Source: an uncultured Pseudomonadota bacterium | GTDB lineage: Bacteria; Oederibacteriota; Muellerivitia; Muellerivitales; Muellerivitaceae | DNA: 64,000 bases | NCBI GenBank assembly: GCA_963836235.1 | Contig: CAWIIP010000004.1 | Span: 864,001-928,000 of the forward strand | Direction: 5' to 3' | Shown: one piece after another, positions 47,029 to 55,868 of the stretch | Position numbering within the stretch: the stretch's first letter is position 1 | Layout: each line of letters opens with the position of its first letter | Notes under the pieces: generated by a model | Database searches by the model: none | The model's input: only the letters and a program-made list of their open reading frames with translations | What the model was told of the DNA's origin: nothing | Program-made: the position numbers and the translations under genes

Positions 47029-49386
47029 GTGATAAATTCTTTTTCGGGTTTTTATACCATAACTCAAGGCTTACAAGTCGAACAACTCCTTGAAAACATA
47101 ACCGCTTCCAATTTGGCTAATACTTCCGTTGATTCCAATGGGTACTTGGTTGGCAGCCTTCAACAGGTCAATATTGGCTCCGGACCTTCCGATATTCTGT
47201 CGACTGCTAATGGAAATGTTGCGATTTCGTCTGGGCCAAGCATCGAGTCTATTACCCAACTTCGCAGTTCCTTCTTGGATTCTCAGATTCTAAATGAAAG
47301 TTCTGTTTTGGGACAAACAGAAGTTTTGTCCAACACCCAAGGTTCCGGAATATTAAATCTCATCAACAATATCGTGAATGGCCCTTCTACTTTAAACGGT
47401 GCTTTGAATACTTTCGCGGCTTCTTGGGGGAATTTGGCGACAAATACTGGAACGAGAGCCGCAGTCGTTAACGCGGGCATCGCTTTCGCTCAGTTAGCCA
47501 ACACTCAGTACGAACAGTTGAATACCTTGCAGCAAAACAACAACGCGCAAATCAATAATTCTGTCTCTCAAATCAATCAAATCCTTCAGCAGCTGTCCGC
47601 TCTAAACCATGATCTTTTAAACTCACAAGGTGCCGCAAACGTTAATAGTTTGTTGGATGCCCGGGATTATGCATTGGATAAGCTTTCGCGCTTGATTAAC
47701 ATCCAAACGAACATTGGAGTCGGAGGAACCGTGAGCGTTTATTTGGGTGGGAGTAGCGTAACCTTAGTGGATCCATCCGGAGCCGCGATTTTACAAACGA
47801 ATGTTGAGAACCCAAATTATCCTGAATTGCTTGGCGTGACCATTCAAAATACGGAAGGCGGGTTTTACGATGCGGCGAGCGCTAATGGGACTGTAACTCC
47901 AGAGGATATGTCGCAATGGATTACTGGTGGTAATCTCGGGGGAGAACTTCAAGGTCAAAAGGCGATTTTATCCGCTCAAGACCAAGTCGAACAAATCGCG
48001 ACGTCGGTGATGAATATTACCAATACCTTACAGGAAGCCGGGTATGCGGGGGATGGCACAACGACCAATACGCCCTTTTTTAATGAAACGGGCCCGGCGG
48101 GTATTGGCATCAATGCCGCCACGCAAATGAGCGTCAACGCCGCATTGATTACAAATAATAATTTGGTGGCATCCTCCCTGGTCCCCAGCAGCGATCCAAA
48201 CTACAGCTTGGTCAATCCTAACTTATCAACACCTGGAATTTTGTATAGCGGGACCATAGCCGAGTATCTTTCGAACCTGCCCAATATTTTGGCTAATAAC
48301 TTTGCCCAAAGTTATGATGGAATTGCCGGGGCTTACGTGAATCCGGCGCTGGCCCTTTCGACTCAGACTTTTGCCATTACTCCAACGAACGGTTCCTTTA
48401 CCATTAATGGAAAAACAATTAATTATTTTGTCAATAATGCGGCAGCCGTCGCGGCGGGGATGCCGACCGCCCCTTACACTATTGACGGCATTATTGAAGC
48501 CATAAATGCGGCTGATCCAAACATATATGCGGTTTATAACGCCTCTACAGAGGAGTTTTCTCTGGTATCAAATCAACCTATTTCTATTCAAAACCTAACC
48601 GGTAATTTTGTGGGAGGTTTATCCAACTGGAGCAATATTCAAAATGTCTTGACGAGTACTATTCAAATGAACAGTTCGAATATCCCTATTTATTCCCAGA
48701 TTGACTATGGCTCTGTCGGGGGCGATCCTGGAAACCCAATGAACGCAACGGTTCCCAGCGCTTTTTTTCCGAACACCGGACCTAACTCCCAGTCTTTCCA
48801 GATAGTTCCGTCCGCCAGTGGCACTTTCACCCTTTATCCTCCCTATCCCAATGGAGTACAGGTTTCGTGGAATAATACAATGTCGTTATCACAAATTGCC
48901 ACGGCCATTACCGCGGCTTCGGGCGGTGCCATTACCGCGAGTTTTGATACCAACACAGAGACTTTGACCCTGTTTGACTCTACGCCATTACCGATGAATA
49001 TTGTCGATAACACGGGAAACTTCACTTCCTTCACCGGGTTGAACGGGAATATCACGCTGGGAACTATGACATCCGCTTTATCGGGCCCATACAGTTCCAT
49101 CGGTTCCGCTGTAGCGGGTCAGCAGGCATTAACCGACCAAGCCTCAAATTCTTTGACACAATTGCAAAACGCTCAGGACAATATCGCCGGAATCACCACC
49201 CCTGGGTCAGGTCTCGCGGGTGTTTCTACCGCCACTATTGAGCAGCAGGCAACCCAGGAAATGATTGCTTACAACGCATTGCTGATGGTGTTGCAGGTGA
49301 TGGACAATATGTATTCTGATTTGGTGGGAATCATTGGTAGCTCGACGCCGAGTGGAAGTTTTCAAAATCAATCTACGCCGGTTTAA
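47029..49386 (+). CDS. flgK: Hook-associated protein FlgK (HAP1), highly divergent
   Basis: SNLAN..., ITQLRSSFLDSQI, LLDARDYALDKLSRLINI, ITGGNLGG, terminal AGVS...AYNA..V.D.M helix; follows flgN. Confidence 0.8.
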   Translation: MINSFSGFYTITQGLQVEQLLENITASNLANTSVDSNGYLVGSLQQVNIGSGPSDILSTANGNVAISSGPSIESITQLRSSFLDSQILNESSVLGQTEVLSNTQGSGILNLINNIVNGPSTLNGALNTFAASWGNLATNTGTRAAVVNAGIAFAQLANTQYEQLNTLQQNNNAQINNSVSQINQILQQLSALNHDLLNSQGAANVNSLLDARDYALDKLSRLINIQTNIGVGGTVSVYLGGSSVTLVDPSGAAILQTNVENPNYPELLGVTIQNTEGGFYDAASANGTVTPEDMSQWITGGNLGGELQGQKAILSAQDQVEQIATSVMNITNTLQEAGYAGDGTTTNTPFFNETGPAGIGINAATQMSVNAALITNNNLVASSLVPSSDPNYSLVNPNLSTPGILYSGTIAEYLSNLPNILANNFAQSYDGIAGAYVNPALALSTQTFAITPTNGSFTINGKTINYFVNNAAAVAAGMPTAPYTIDGIIEAINAADPNIYAVYNASTEEFSLVSNQPISIQNLTGNFVGGLSNWSNIQNVLTSTIQMNSSNIPIYSQIDYGSVGGDPGNPMNATVPSAFFPNTGPNSQSFQIVPSASGTFTLYPPYPNGVQVSWNNTMSLSQIATAITAASGGAITASFDTNTETLTLFDSTPLPMNIVDNTGNFTSFTGLNGNITLGTMTSALSGPYSSIGSAVAGQQALTDQASNSLTQLQNAQDNIAGITTPGSGLAGVSTATIEQQATQEMIAYNALLMVLQVMDNMYSDLVGIIGSSTPSGSFQNQSTPV

Positions 49387-49401
49387 GAAAAGGCTGGTTT
49401 T

Positions 49402-52400
49402 GTGAAAACAATTAATGCGCTTTTAAATTCATCGCTTTCGACGCCGACCGACTCAATCGGTCAGTCACAGAGCCAAAATCCGGTTTCCCCCAAGGGTTCG
49501 GGATCAAAGGGGAATAACTTTGGAAATGTTTTGGCCCAATTAACCGCTCAAAATACCGTAACTAACCAGAATTCTCCCGAAAGCCAGCAGTCCTCCGGAG
49601 CCACCACTTCAACTGGAAATGCGACTAGCGCTACATTGGAGCCAACTGCGGTTTCCGCTTCGAATGCTCCTGGGGAAAATTCCCAAGTGTCCTTTAATTC
49701 TGTTTCTGAAACCACGGTGGCTATTACAGAGTCGGTTAAAGCCGAAAATGTTAGCCAATTGGCTCAAGCGGAACAAGCCTTGGTTTCTTTGGCGACGGGG
49801 TTGGCCCAAATTATTCAAATGATTTCACAACTTCAACAATCGGAACCGCAACAAGCCCAAGCGGCTTTGGCTTCTTTAAGTAGTTTGAATTTGAGTCCAT
49901 CCGATCTTCTGACAATTTTAAATACCTTGCAATCTTTGGTTCAAAAGTTGCCAGCTGAGCAAAATCCGCTGCTCTTAACTTCGGACCAACAAGCCAATCT
50001 TTTAAACCAAATGTTCCAACAAATGATGCAGGCCCAACAAATTTTACTTGGAGGGACCGCGGCCAATCTTGGGAACAATTCTAACCCGACAAACTCATCG
50101 GCCAATAATCCTGGTGTTGCTGGGGTGGGAACGATAGGTTCGAATTCTACCCAAAATATTTCGTTCCAAATGTTGTTTTCAAATACAAACTTGACTGAAC
50201 TGGCTCCAAACAATGGTCAAGCCTCCCGGGTTTTTATAAATTTAGAAACCTTTAAAATGTCGGCGACTTTTATCCAAACTGGAACCAATTCAACACCGGG
50301 ACAAAACCCTGGCCAAGGTCCCTTGAACGTCCAAGTTCAATCGGCCATTCCGGTTAATTCCCAAAGCGTGGTCAATGATTTAAATCAAGCATTGACGAAT
50401 TTAGGCAATGCGACCTCATCGGCGGGTATTCCCGCGGTGGCGCAATCAAACGCGTCCGGCATCGCTAATTTACAAAATAATTTAAGTCAAAACTTTAAAG
50501 CGCTCGTTCAGCTCTTGATGCAATCGGGTGTAACTCAGGCGGCACTGACCACGTTCCTGAATAACCAACAAAGAGGTACTGAGAATCAGAACTCTTTTAG
50601 CCCGTCTCAAACTGTTGGCCAAACCGTTTCAGCTAATAACCTAACCCAGGTTTTACCGGTTTCGTCGGAGATTCAACCGGCCATTCCCGCGGCTTTAACG
50701 GCAGCTTCAACTAATAATTCCAATGCGGCCCAAGGGACGCTTCCGGGCGAAAATAATTTGCTCGTGAATGAAATGGGTTCTCAACCGGTGATAACACCGG
50801 TTCAAACAACGGGTAAAGAAAACGCCAACAATCAACAAAGCTTGAGTGTTAGTAATACCACCCTGGCCTCAAATGAAGTGGTTCCTCAATTGGCGATACC
50901 ACCGGTTCAAACAACGGGTAAAGGAGAAGCCAACAATCAACAAGGTTTGAACGTTGGCAATAATAACCTGACCTCAAATGAAATGGTTCCTCAAACGGCG
51001 ATGCTACCGGTTCAAACGGCGGATAATGGAGATTCAAAAATTCCAAATATGACTGAAAAACTCCAAGCGTTATCAAATCTTGCCCAATTGTCGCCTGTTC
51101 AAACGGCGGGTTCTGAAACCAGTTTTGGTTTAAATGCCAAAGAAATTAATACTTTAAACGCGGTTGTCGCAAGTCTTAATGTCTCTGCCTTACATTCCAC
51201 GCAAGGAAGCGTGAGCATGGGAACGAATACCGTTCTTCCCAGTTCCGCCTTGACGATGGGCCAAATATTAGGGGCTTCGGAGGCCAATCAAATTTCTTCG
51301 GGTTCCATCGTGGTTGCGAATGGTAATCCATCGGTTCCTTTGGTCCCGCCGATTCCTTTGCAAGCGCCTTTGCCAACCTCTAACGCAAACAATGTCATTC
51401 TTTCGCAATTAACCCAAAGCCAATTGTCCCAACCGCAAACGACATCGCCGTCTACCACGGTTGGTGGCCAAACCGTTGCGGTTCTTTCCGGCGCTTCTCA
51501 AGAGCAGTTAAATCAAGTGGTTCCGCCTTTGGTTCCGACACCACAGGGCGCACTTTTAAATAATTTAACGTCGAATAATGGTGTTGTTACTTCCCCGATT
51601 GATTTTAATAACGGGACTTCGGCCGTTCCGGCTCCTATAAGCCCTTCTTTGGCCGTGGTAGGGAGCAATGTCCCTAATTCGTCAACCACAAATAATCCTG
51701 CTGGGATTAATCCTTTGCCTCGGCCAACCACTATTCCTAATTCGGGAACAATTCCATTGCCGGCTAATAACAGCCCTGCGCCCCCCCAACCTTTTGCTTT
51801 CACATCGCTTAACCAAACGGCTAATCTGGCACCGACATCTCAAGCCCCGGTTGTTCCCGCTTTGGCTTCGGCTGGGGAAGCTATTAAAACTGAGATTCCA
51901 AATCAAGCGGTGGGGAACAATAATAATGTCCAAACTGCTATTAACAATTCACAACCTGTTTCAACCATAAAATCGCTTTCGGCCGAGGCGGTTTCACCCG
52001 TTGTTTCAGTTACCCCAACCGACTCGACCTTGAAAACTTTAGATGTCTCTGGAAGTAACACGCCTAATAATTCGACCGTTTTGGTGGGGAATGCCTTATT
52101 GGGATCTGCCAACTTTGCCTCTGGTCAAACCCACGGTTCTTCCGCTTTTTCCCTTAGTTCTGGTATACCCTCAAACGTAGGGCCAACGGGGAGCATTGAT
52201 AGCGCTCAAATCTTGAATCAAATAGCGCAACAAGTTGCGGCACAAACGGCGGACGCTAAAACTATTTCCCGATTGAACTTTCAATTTGTTCCCGAGAGTT
52301 TAGGCAAAGTGACGGTTCAAATTGCTTTAATTGACCAATCCGTTTCGGCCCGAATTATCGTCACCAATCCGGATATAAAAGAAGTTCTCCAGAGCCATAT

Positions 52401-52641
52401 GGTGGATTTGAAAGCGGCACTGGGTCAGGCGGGCCTTCAAATAGACCAATTGCAGGTGCAGGTTCAAGGCGGCGGGGGCAATCTTTTAGCCCAATATTAC
52501 CAATATCAGCAAGAAGGTTCTGGCTATCGTCTTCCGGCCGCTTTAAACACCGCAAATGTATCCGGGGTGCAAACAGCTGAAAATATGGGAAATTTGGAGC
52601 CTTTTTCAGTTCGGACGTCCTTGGTGAATGTCTTGGCTTGA
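49402..52641 (+). CDS. fliK: Very long hook-length control protein FliK
   Basis: Low-complexity Q/N/S/T/P body; C-domain FQFVPESLGKVTVQI...LQSHMVDLKAALGQAGLQIDQLQV; upstream of flgD. Confidence 0.88.
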   Translation: MKTINALLNSSLSTPTDSIGQSQSQNPVSPKGSGSKGNNFGNVLAQLTAQNTVTNQNSPESQQSSGATTSTGNATSATLEPTAVSASNAPGENSQVSFNSVSETTVAITESVKAENVSQLAQAEQALVSLATGLAQIIQMISQLQQSEPQQAQAALASLSSLNLSPSDLLTILNTLQSLVQKLPAEQNPLLLTSDQQANLLNQMFQQMMQAQQILLGGTAANLGNNSNPTNSSANNPGVAGVGTIGSNSTQNISFQMLFSNTNLTELAPNNGQASRVFINLETFKMSATFIQTGTNSTPGQNPGQGPLNVQVQSAIPVNSQSVVNDLNQALTNLGNATSSAGIPAVAQSNASGIANLQNNLSQNFKALVQLLMQSGVTQAALTTFLNNQQRGTENQNSFSPSQTVGQTVSANNLTQVLPVSSEIQPAIPAALTAASTNNSNAAQGTLPGENNLLVNEMGSQPVITPVQTTGKENANNQQSLSVSNTTLASNEVVPQLAIPPVQTTGKGEANNQQGLNVGNNNLTSNEMVPQTAMLPVQTADNGDSKIPNMTEKLQALSNLAQLSPVQTAGSETSFGLNAKEINTLNAVVASLNVSALHSTQGSVSMGTNTVLPSSALTMGQILGASEANQISSGSIVVANGNPSVPLVPPIPLQAPLPTSNANNVILSQLTQSQLSQPQTTSPSTTVGGQTVAVLSGASQEQLNQVVPPLVPTPQGALLNNLTSNNGVVTSPIDFNNGTSAVPAPISPSLAVVGSNVPNSSTTNNPAGINPLPRPTTIPNSGTIPLPANNSPAPPQPFAFTSLNQTANLAPTSQAPVVPALASAGEAIKTEIPNQAVGNNNNVQTAINNSQPVSTIKSLSAEAVSPVVSVTPTDSTLKTLDVSGSNTPNNSTVLVGNALLGSANFASGQTHGSSAFSLSSGIPSNVGPTGSIDSAQILNQIAQQVAAQTADAKTISRLNFQFVPESLGKVTVQIALIDQSVSARIIVTNPDIKEVLQSHMVDLKAALGQAGLQIDQLQVQVQGGGGNLLAQYYQYQQEGSGYRLPAALNTANVSGVQTAENMGNLEPFSVRTSLVNVLA
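50767..51020 (+). repeat. 105-nt (35-aa) tandem repeat, about 2.4 copies, inside fliK
   Basis: ACCGGTTCAAAC recurs at 50796, 50901 and 51006; peptide NExxxQxxxxPVQTTGKxxANNQQxLxVxNxxLxS. Confidence 0.85.
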
Positions 52642-52665
52642 AGTATGATTTTATGAGGTTTGGGT

Positions 52666-52692
52666 TAAAGTTTTTGGCTTAAAAGCCGTTAG
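52666..52692 (+). promoter_or_regulatory. sigma28 promoter upstream of flgD
   Basis: TAAA 52666-52669 (TAAAGTTT), 15 nt spacer, GCCGTTAG 52685-52692. Confidence 0.7.
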
Positions 52693-52718
52693 AAATAACA
52701 GAAAGGGTGGTGATTTAA

Positions 52719-53162
52719 ATGGTTTCAGGAGTTGGAAGTAGCTCGAGTTCGAACGGTAGCAATGCTTTATCAAGTGCGTTGGCTACATCGACGGGTGGCA
52801 ACCAGTTTGTGTCTCAGAATACGTTTTTGACGCTTCTGATAACACAGCTGAAAAACCAAGATCCGATGAATCCGCAGGACAGCAGCCAGTTTGTCGCCCA
52901 GTTGGCGCAGTTTTCGTCACTGGAGCAAATGACGCAGTTAAACTCAACATTTAGCAGCGTTTTGGACAATTCAGCGGCGGGCATGATCGGACAAACGGTG
53001 ACGGTTGCGGATCCGACCACGAAAAGTGGGTTCACGACGGGCCAAGTGACGGGTGTTGTTTATTTCGCCAATGGTCCGGCAGTTCAGATAAATGGAGTGA
53101 ACTATCCCTTGTCGGCTATTCAAAACGTTGGGGCAGTTACGCCTAACGCACCGACGGGCTGA
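52719..53162 (+). CDS. flgD: Flagellar hook capping protein FlgD
   Basis: FLTLLITQLKNQDPMNPQD..QFVAQLAQFSSLEQ. Confidence 0.96.
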   Translation: MVSGVGSSSSSNGSNALSSALATSTGGNQFVSQNTFLTLLITQLKNQDPMNPQDSSQFVAQLAQFSSLEQMTQLNSTFSSVLDNSAAGMIGQTVTVADPTTKSGFTTGQVTGVVYFANGPAVQINGVNYPLSAIQNVGAVTPNAPTG

Positions 53163-53214
53163 GTTTAGTGATTTGGCCTGGATTTCAGGCTTTTGAAAGG
53201 CGGGTGAAGACAAA

Positions 53215-53622
53215 GTGGTTCAGCAGATCAACTTTAATGATCCTCATAGTACGGTAGAAAACGTCCAGAATCAGGCCCAGTTGCAGATGATGCAGCAACA
53301 GGCCAGCCGGGCGGCTGAAACCGCACAACCTTTTGACGCGTTTTTGCAATCAACGGTTGATAGGGGTCAGGGTTTAAAGTTTTCGGCTCACGCCAAAGAA
53401 CGATTAAGTTTGAGAAACATCAACCTTTCGGCTTCGGATTTGAGCCGCATGAATGACGCGGTCAATAAAGCGGCGGCTAAAGGGGCCAGGCAATCCCTGC
53501 TGGTGATGGAAAACCAGGCTTTTATCGTTAGCGTGCCGAATAAAACCGTCATTACTGCGCTGGACAACAACAGCATGAAGGAAAATGTCTTTACCAATAT
53601 CGATAGCGCGGTGATTGTTTAG
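53215..53622 (+). CDS. TIGR02530-family flagellar operon protein
   Basis: LKFSAHAKERLSLRNI...KGARQSLLV...VPNKTVITA...ENVFTNIDSAVI. Confidence 0.92.
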   Translation: MVQQINFNDPHSTVENVQNQAQLQMMQQQASRAAETAQPFDAFLQSTVDRGQGLKFSAHAKERLSLRNINLSASDLSRMNDAVNKAAAKGARQSLLVMENQAFIVSVPNKTVITALDNNSMKENVFTNIDSAVIV

Positions 53623-53646
53623 CAGTAGGTTTTGTAGTAAGCAGTA

Positions 53647-53702
53647 TCGGGCTGGTCCTCTTAGAGGGAGCCCGAAAATCAGGCGGGTTGATTACCCGAC
53701 CT
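53647..53702 (+). ncRNA. Candidate cis-regulatory two-hairpin RNA element, copy 2 (flgE leader)
   Basis: TCGGGCT/AGCCCGA stem with inner CCTC/GAGG; second stem CGGGT-TGATT-ACCCG; ends 10 nt before AAGGAGG. Confidence 0.6.
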
Positions 53703-53724
53703 AAAAACTCTAAGGAGGAAGACA

Positions 53725-55698
53725 ATGGGTCTTCGAGATATGTATAGCGCGATTTCCGGGCTTCAAGCCAACAGCACATGGCTTGATGTGATCGGAAATA
53801 ATATTTCCAACACCAATACGGTTGCTTACAAGGCCAGCCGTGTTGAGTTTTCAGATCAGTTCAGCCAGACGCTTTATGGCGGCACGGGGGACAACCCGAG
53901 TTCCAATTTGGGCGGTGTGAATCCTGAGCAAGTCGGTTTGGGAACCCGTGTGGCTTCCATCCAGACGCTTTTCACGGAAGGAACACTCCAGAATACCGGG
54001 ATTTCCACCGATATCGCCATCGTCGGAAACGGCTTTTTGGTTTCCAAGAGCGGTGACCAGTCTTTGCTGACTCGGGCTGGAAACCTGACATTCGATAGTA
54101 AAGGAAACCTTGTTGACCAGAATGGCGGGTTGATCCAAGGGTTTACCGCTACGACGGTTTACACGCAAAATACCATTGATACGGCGGCGGATTCGGGGAC
54201 CAACAACCTGATCATTACCACTGCCAAATTGACCTTAAACAATACTGATCCATCGGCCGCGACGGACATCAATATTCCGGCGACTTTGACCGAACCCCCT
54301 CTTGCCACCACGATGGTGAATTTTTCTGGCAATTTGGACGCGTTTCAACAGGCCAATACCACCGGAGGTGTTTTGGATATCGGTGGAAACGGCGAACCGG
54401 CTGTTTTGCCACTGGGTATTGCGGGCGTCGCTTTGGGCGGTGCCGAACCCGTTGCTGCGTTCCAGATTATCAACAACCCCAATGGGGCTACGGGACAGGT
54501 TGTTCAACAGCTTGCGGACCCTAATGAAGGCGCTGTTGGCCCTGGCGACCAAGCGGGCGTGCAAGGAAACACCAATTCTGCCAATTGGACAAATCCCATC
54601 GTCAGTGGGGCAGTCAGTTTGGCCACTGTCCAAGGGGACGCCATTGCCAACCCTGGCACCCTCGCTTGGGACCAGCAACCACCCGTCACTCCGGCGAAAC
54701 AGATATCGGAAACGGTTTATGACTCCAATGGGAACGCCCGGCAGATCACCATTAATTTTTATCAAGTGAATGATTTGGGAGTGACACCCAATATCAACAG
54801 CCCCACCGGCCCTAACCAGGTCGCTTACGCTTGGTACGCTTTCGACACAACGAATGGAGCGCCTGTTAATTCCACTACCCTTGTGGGTGGAACCGGAATC
54901 TTCGAGGGCGACACTTCTGGAGCTGGCCCCGTTGGAGCTCCCACTGGTTATGACCGGGGCGTCACCGGAGACGGATTTTGGGGCGACTTGGTTGTCTTCA
55001 ATACGGATGGGTCCTTGCTTACAACCGGCGGGGTTGAAAATACCGCGGCGGGGATTGGGTTTCAATCCATGCCTGATATTTACCTTGATCCTGAGAATAT
55101 TGCGGGTGCGGTTCCTGGGGCGAATGGTCTCGGAGCTCCTGCTTCGCCGCTTCCCATGCAAGGCGCCGAAATTACACAGGTACAATTGAATTTCGGTAAC
55201 GCGGGGATTTTGGGCAAAGGGGAGCGCAACGGCATGTACAGCGACGCTGACGGGACTTATCAGGTTGTCAATGGGGTGAACACTTATGTGCCTAACTCCA
55301 CAGCCTATGCCGCCAGCCAGAATGGATACGCTGAGGGTCAGTTACAAAGCGTCAACTTTGACGCTACGGGGACCATCAACGGAACCTTCTCAAACGGACA
55401 GGTTACGGCGCTCGGCCAAGTTATTTTGGCCGAACCGAACAATCCGGACGGCTTGGCGAACGTCGGTAATAATTATTACCAAACTTCTCCAAACTCAGGC
55501 CCCATGTTCGTGGGAAATGCCGGCCAATTGGATTTGGGAACCGTCCAAGGTGGTACCTTGGAACTTTCCAACGTCGATTTGACCGTGGAATTATCCAACA
55601 TGATTATCGCCCAACGCGGGTTTGACGTGAACTCGCGGGTGATCTCGGTTGAGAATTCCAACCTGCAGATCCTGAGCCAATTGGGTCAGGGCGGCTGA
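53725..55698 (+). CDS. flgE: Flagellar hook protein FlgE (long, with inserted domains)
   Basis: LDVIGNNISNTNTVAYKASR, NPEQVGLG, TRAGN, LELSNVDLTVELSNMIIAQRGF. Confidence 0.96.
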   Translation: MGLRDMYSAISGLQANSTWLDVIGNNISNTNTVAYKASRVEFSDQFSQTLYGGTGDNPSSNLGGVNPEQVGLGTRVASIQTLFTEGTLQNTGISTDIAIVGNGFLVSKSGDQSLLTRAGNLTFDSKGNLVDQNGGLIQGFTATTVYTQNTIDTAADSGTNNLIITTAKLTLNNTDPSAATDINIPATLTEPPLATTMVNFSGNLDAFQQANTTGGVLDIGGNGEPAVLPLGIAGVALGGAEPVAAFQIINNPNGATGQVVQQLADPNEGAVGPGDQAGVQGNTNSANWTNPIVSGAVSLATVQGDAIANPGTLAWDQQPPVTPAKQISETVYDSNGNARQITINFYQVNDLGVTPNINSPTGPNQVAYAWYAFDTTNGAPVNSTTLVGGTGIFEGDTSGAGPVGAPTGYDRGVTGDGFWGDLVVFNTDGSLLTTGGVENTAAGIGFQSMPDIYLDPENIAGAVPGANGLGAPASPLPMQGAEITQVQLNFGNAGILGKGERNGMYSDADGTYQVVNGVNTYVPNSTAYAASQNGYAEGQLQSVNFDATGTINGTFSNGQVTALGQVILAEPNNPDGLANVGNNYYQTSPNSGPMFVGNAGQLDLGTVQGGTLELSNVDLTVELSNMIIAQRGFDVNSRVISVENSNLQILSQLGQGG

Positions 55699-55756
55699 GG
55701 ATAACAGTAGATAAATAAGCTGGGTTCCCGGTGATTGGGAGCTTGGTGTTTAAAAG

Positions 55757-55794
55757 AAACGGCGCCTCTTTCAAGAGGTGCCGTTTTTTATTTT
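55757..55794 (+). terminator. Rho-independent terminator after flgE
   Basis: AAACGGCGCCTCTT-TC-AAGAGGTGCCGTTT followed by TTTATTTT. Confidence 0.85.
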
Positions 55795-55868
55795 GAGGGT
55801 TTTTAAAATTGGTTTAACACAGTTTAATCGAGTAAAATATAAACGATAAATTTTTTAAAAGGCGTTAC

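Noticed and set aside
54235-55185. 316-aa antisense ORF within flgE
   Set aside because: Shadow frame of a strongly biased coding strand; no recognisable motifs or RBS.
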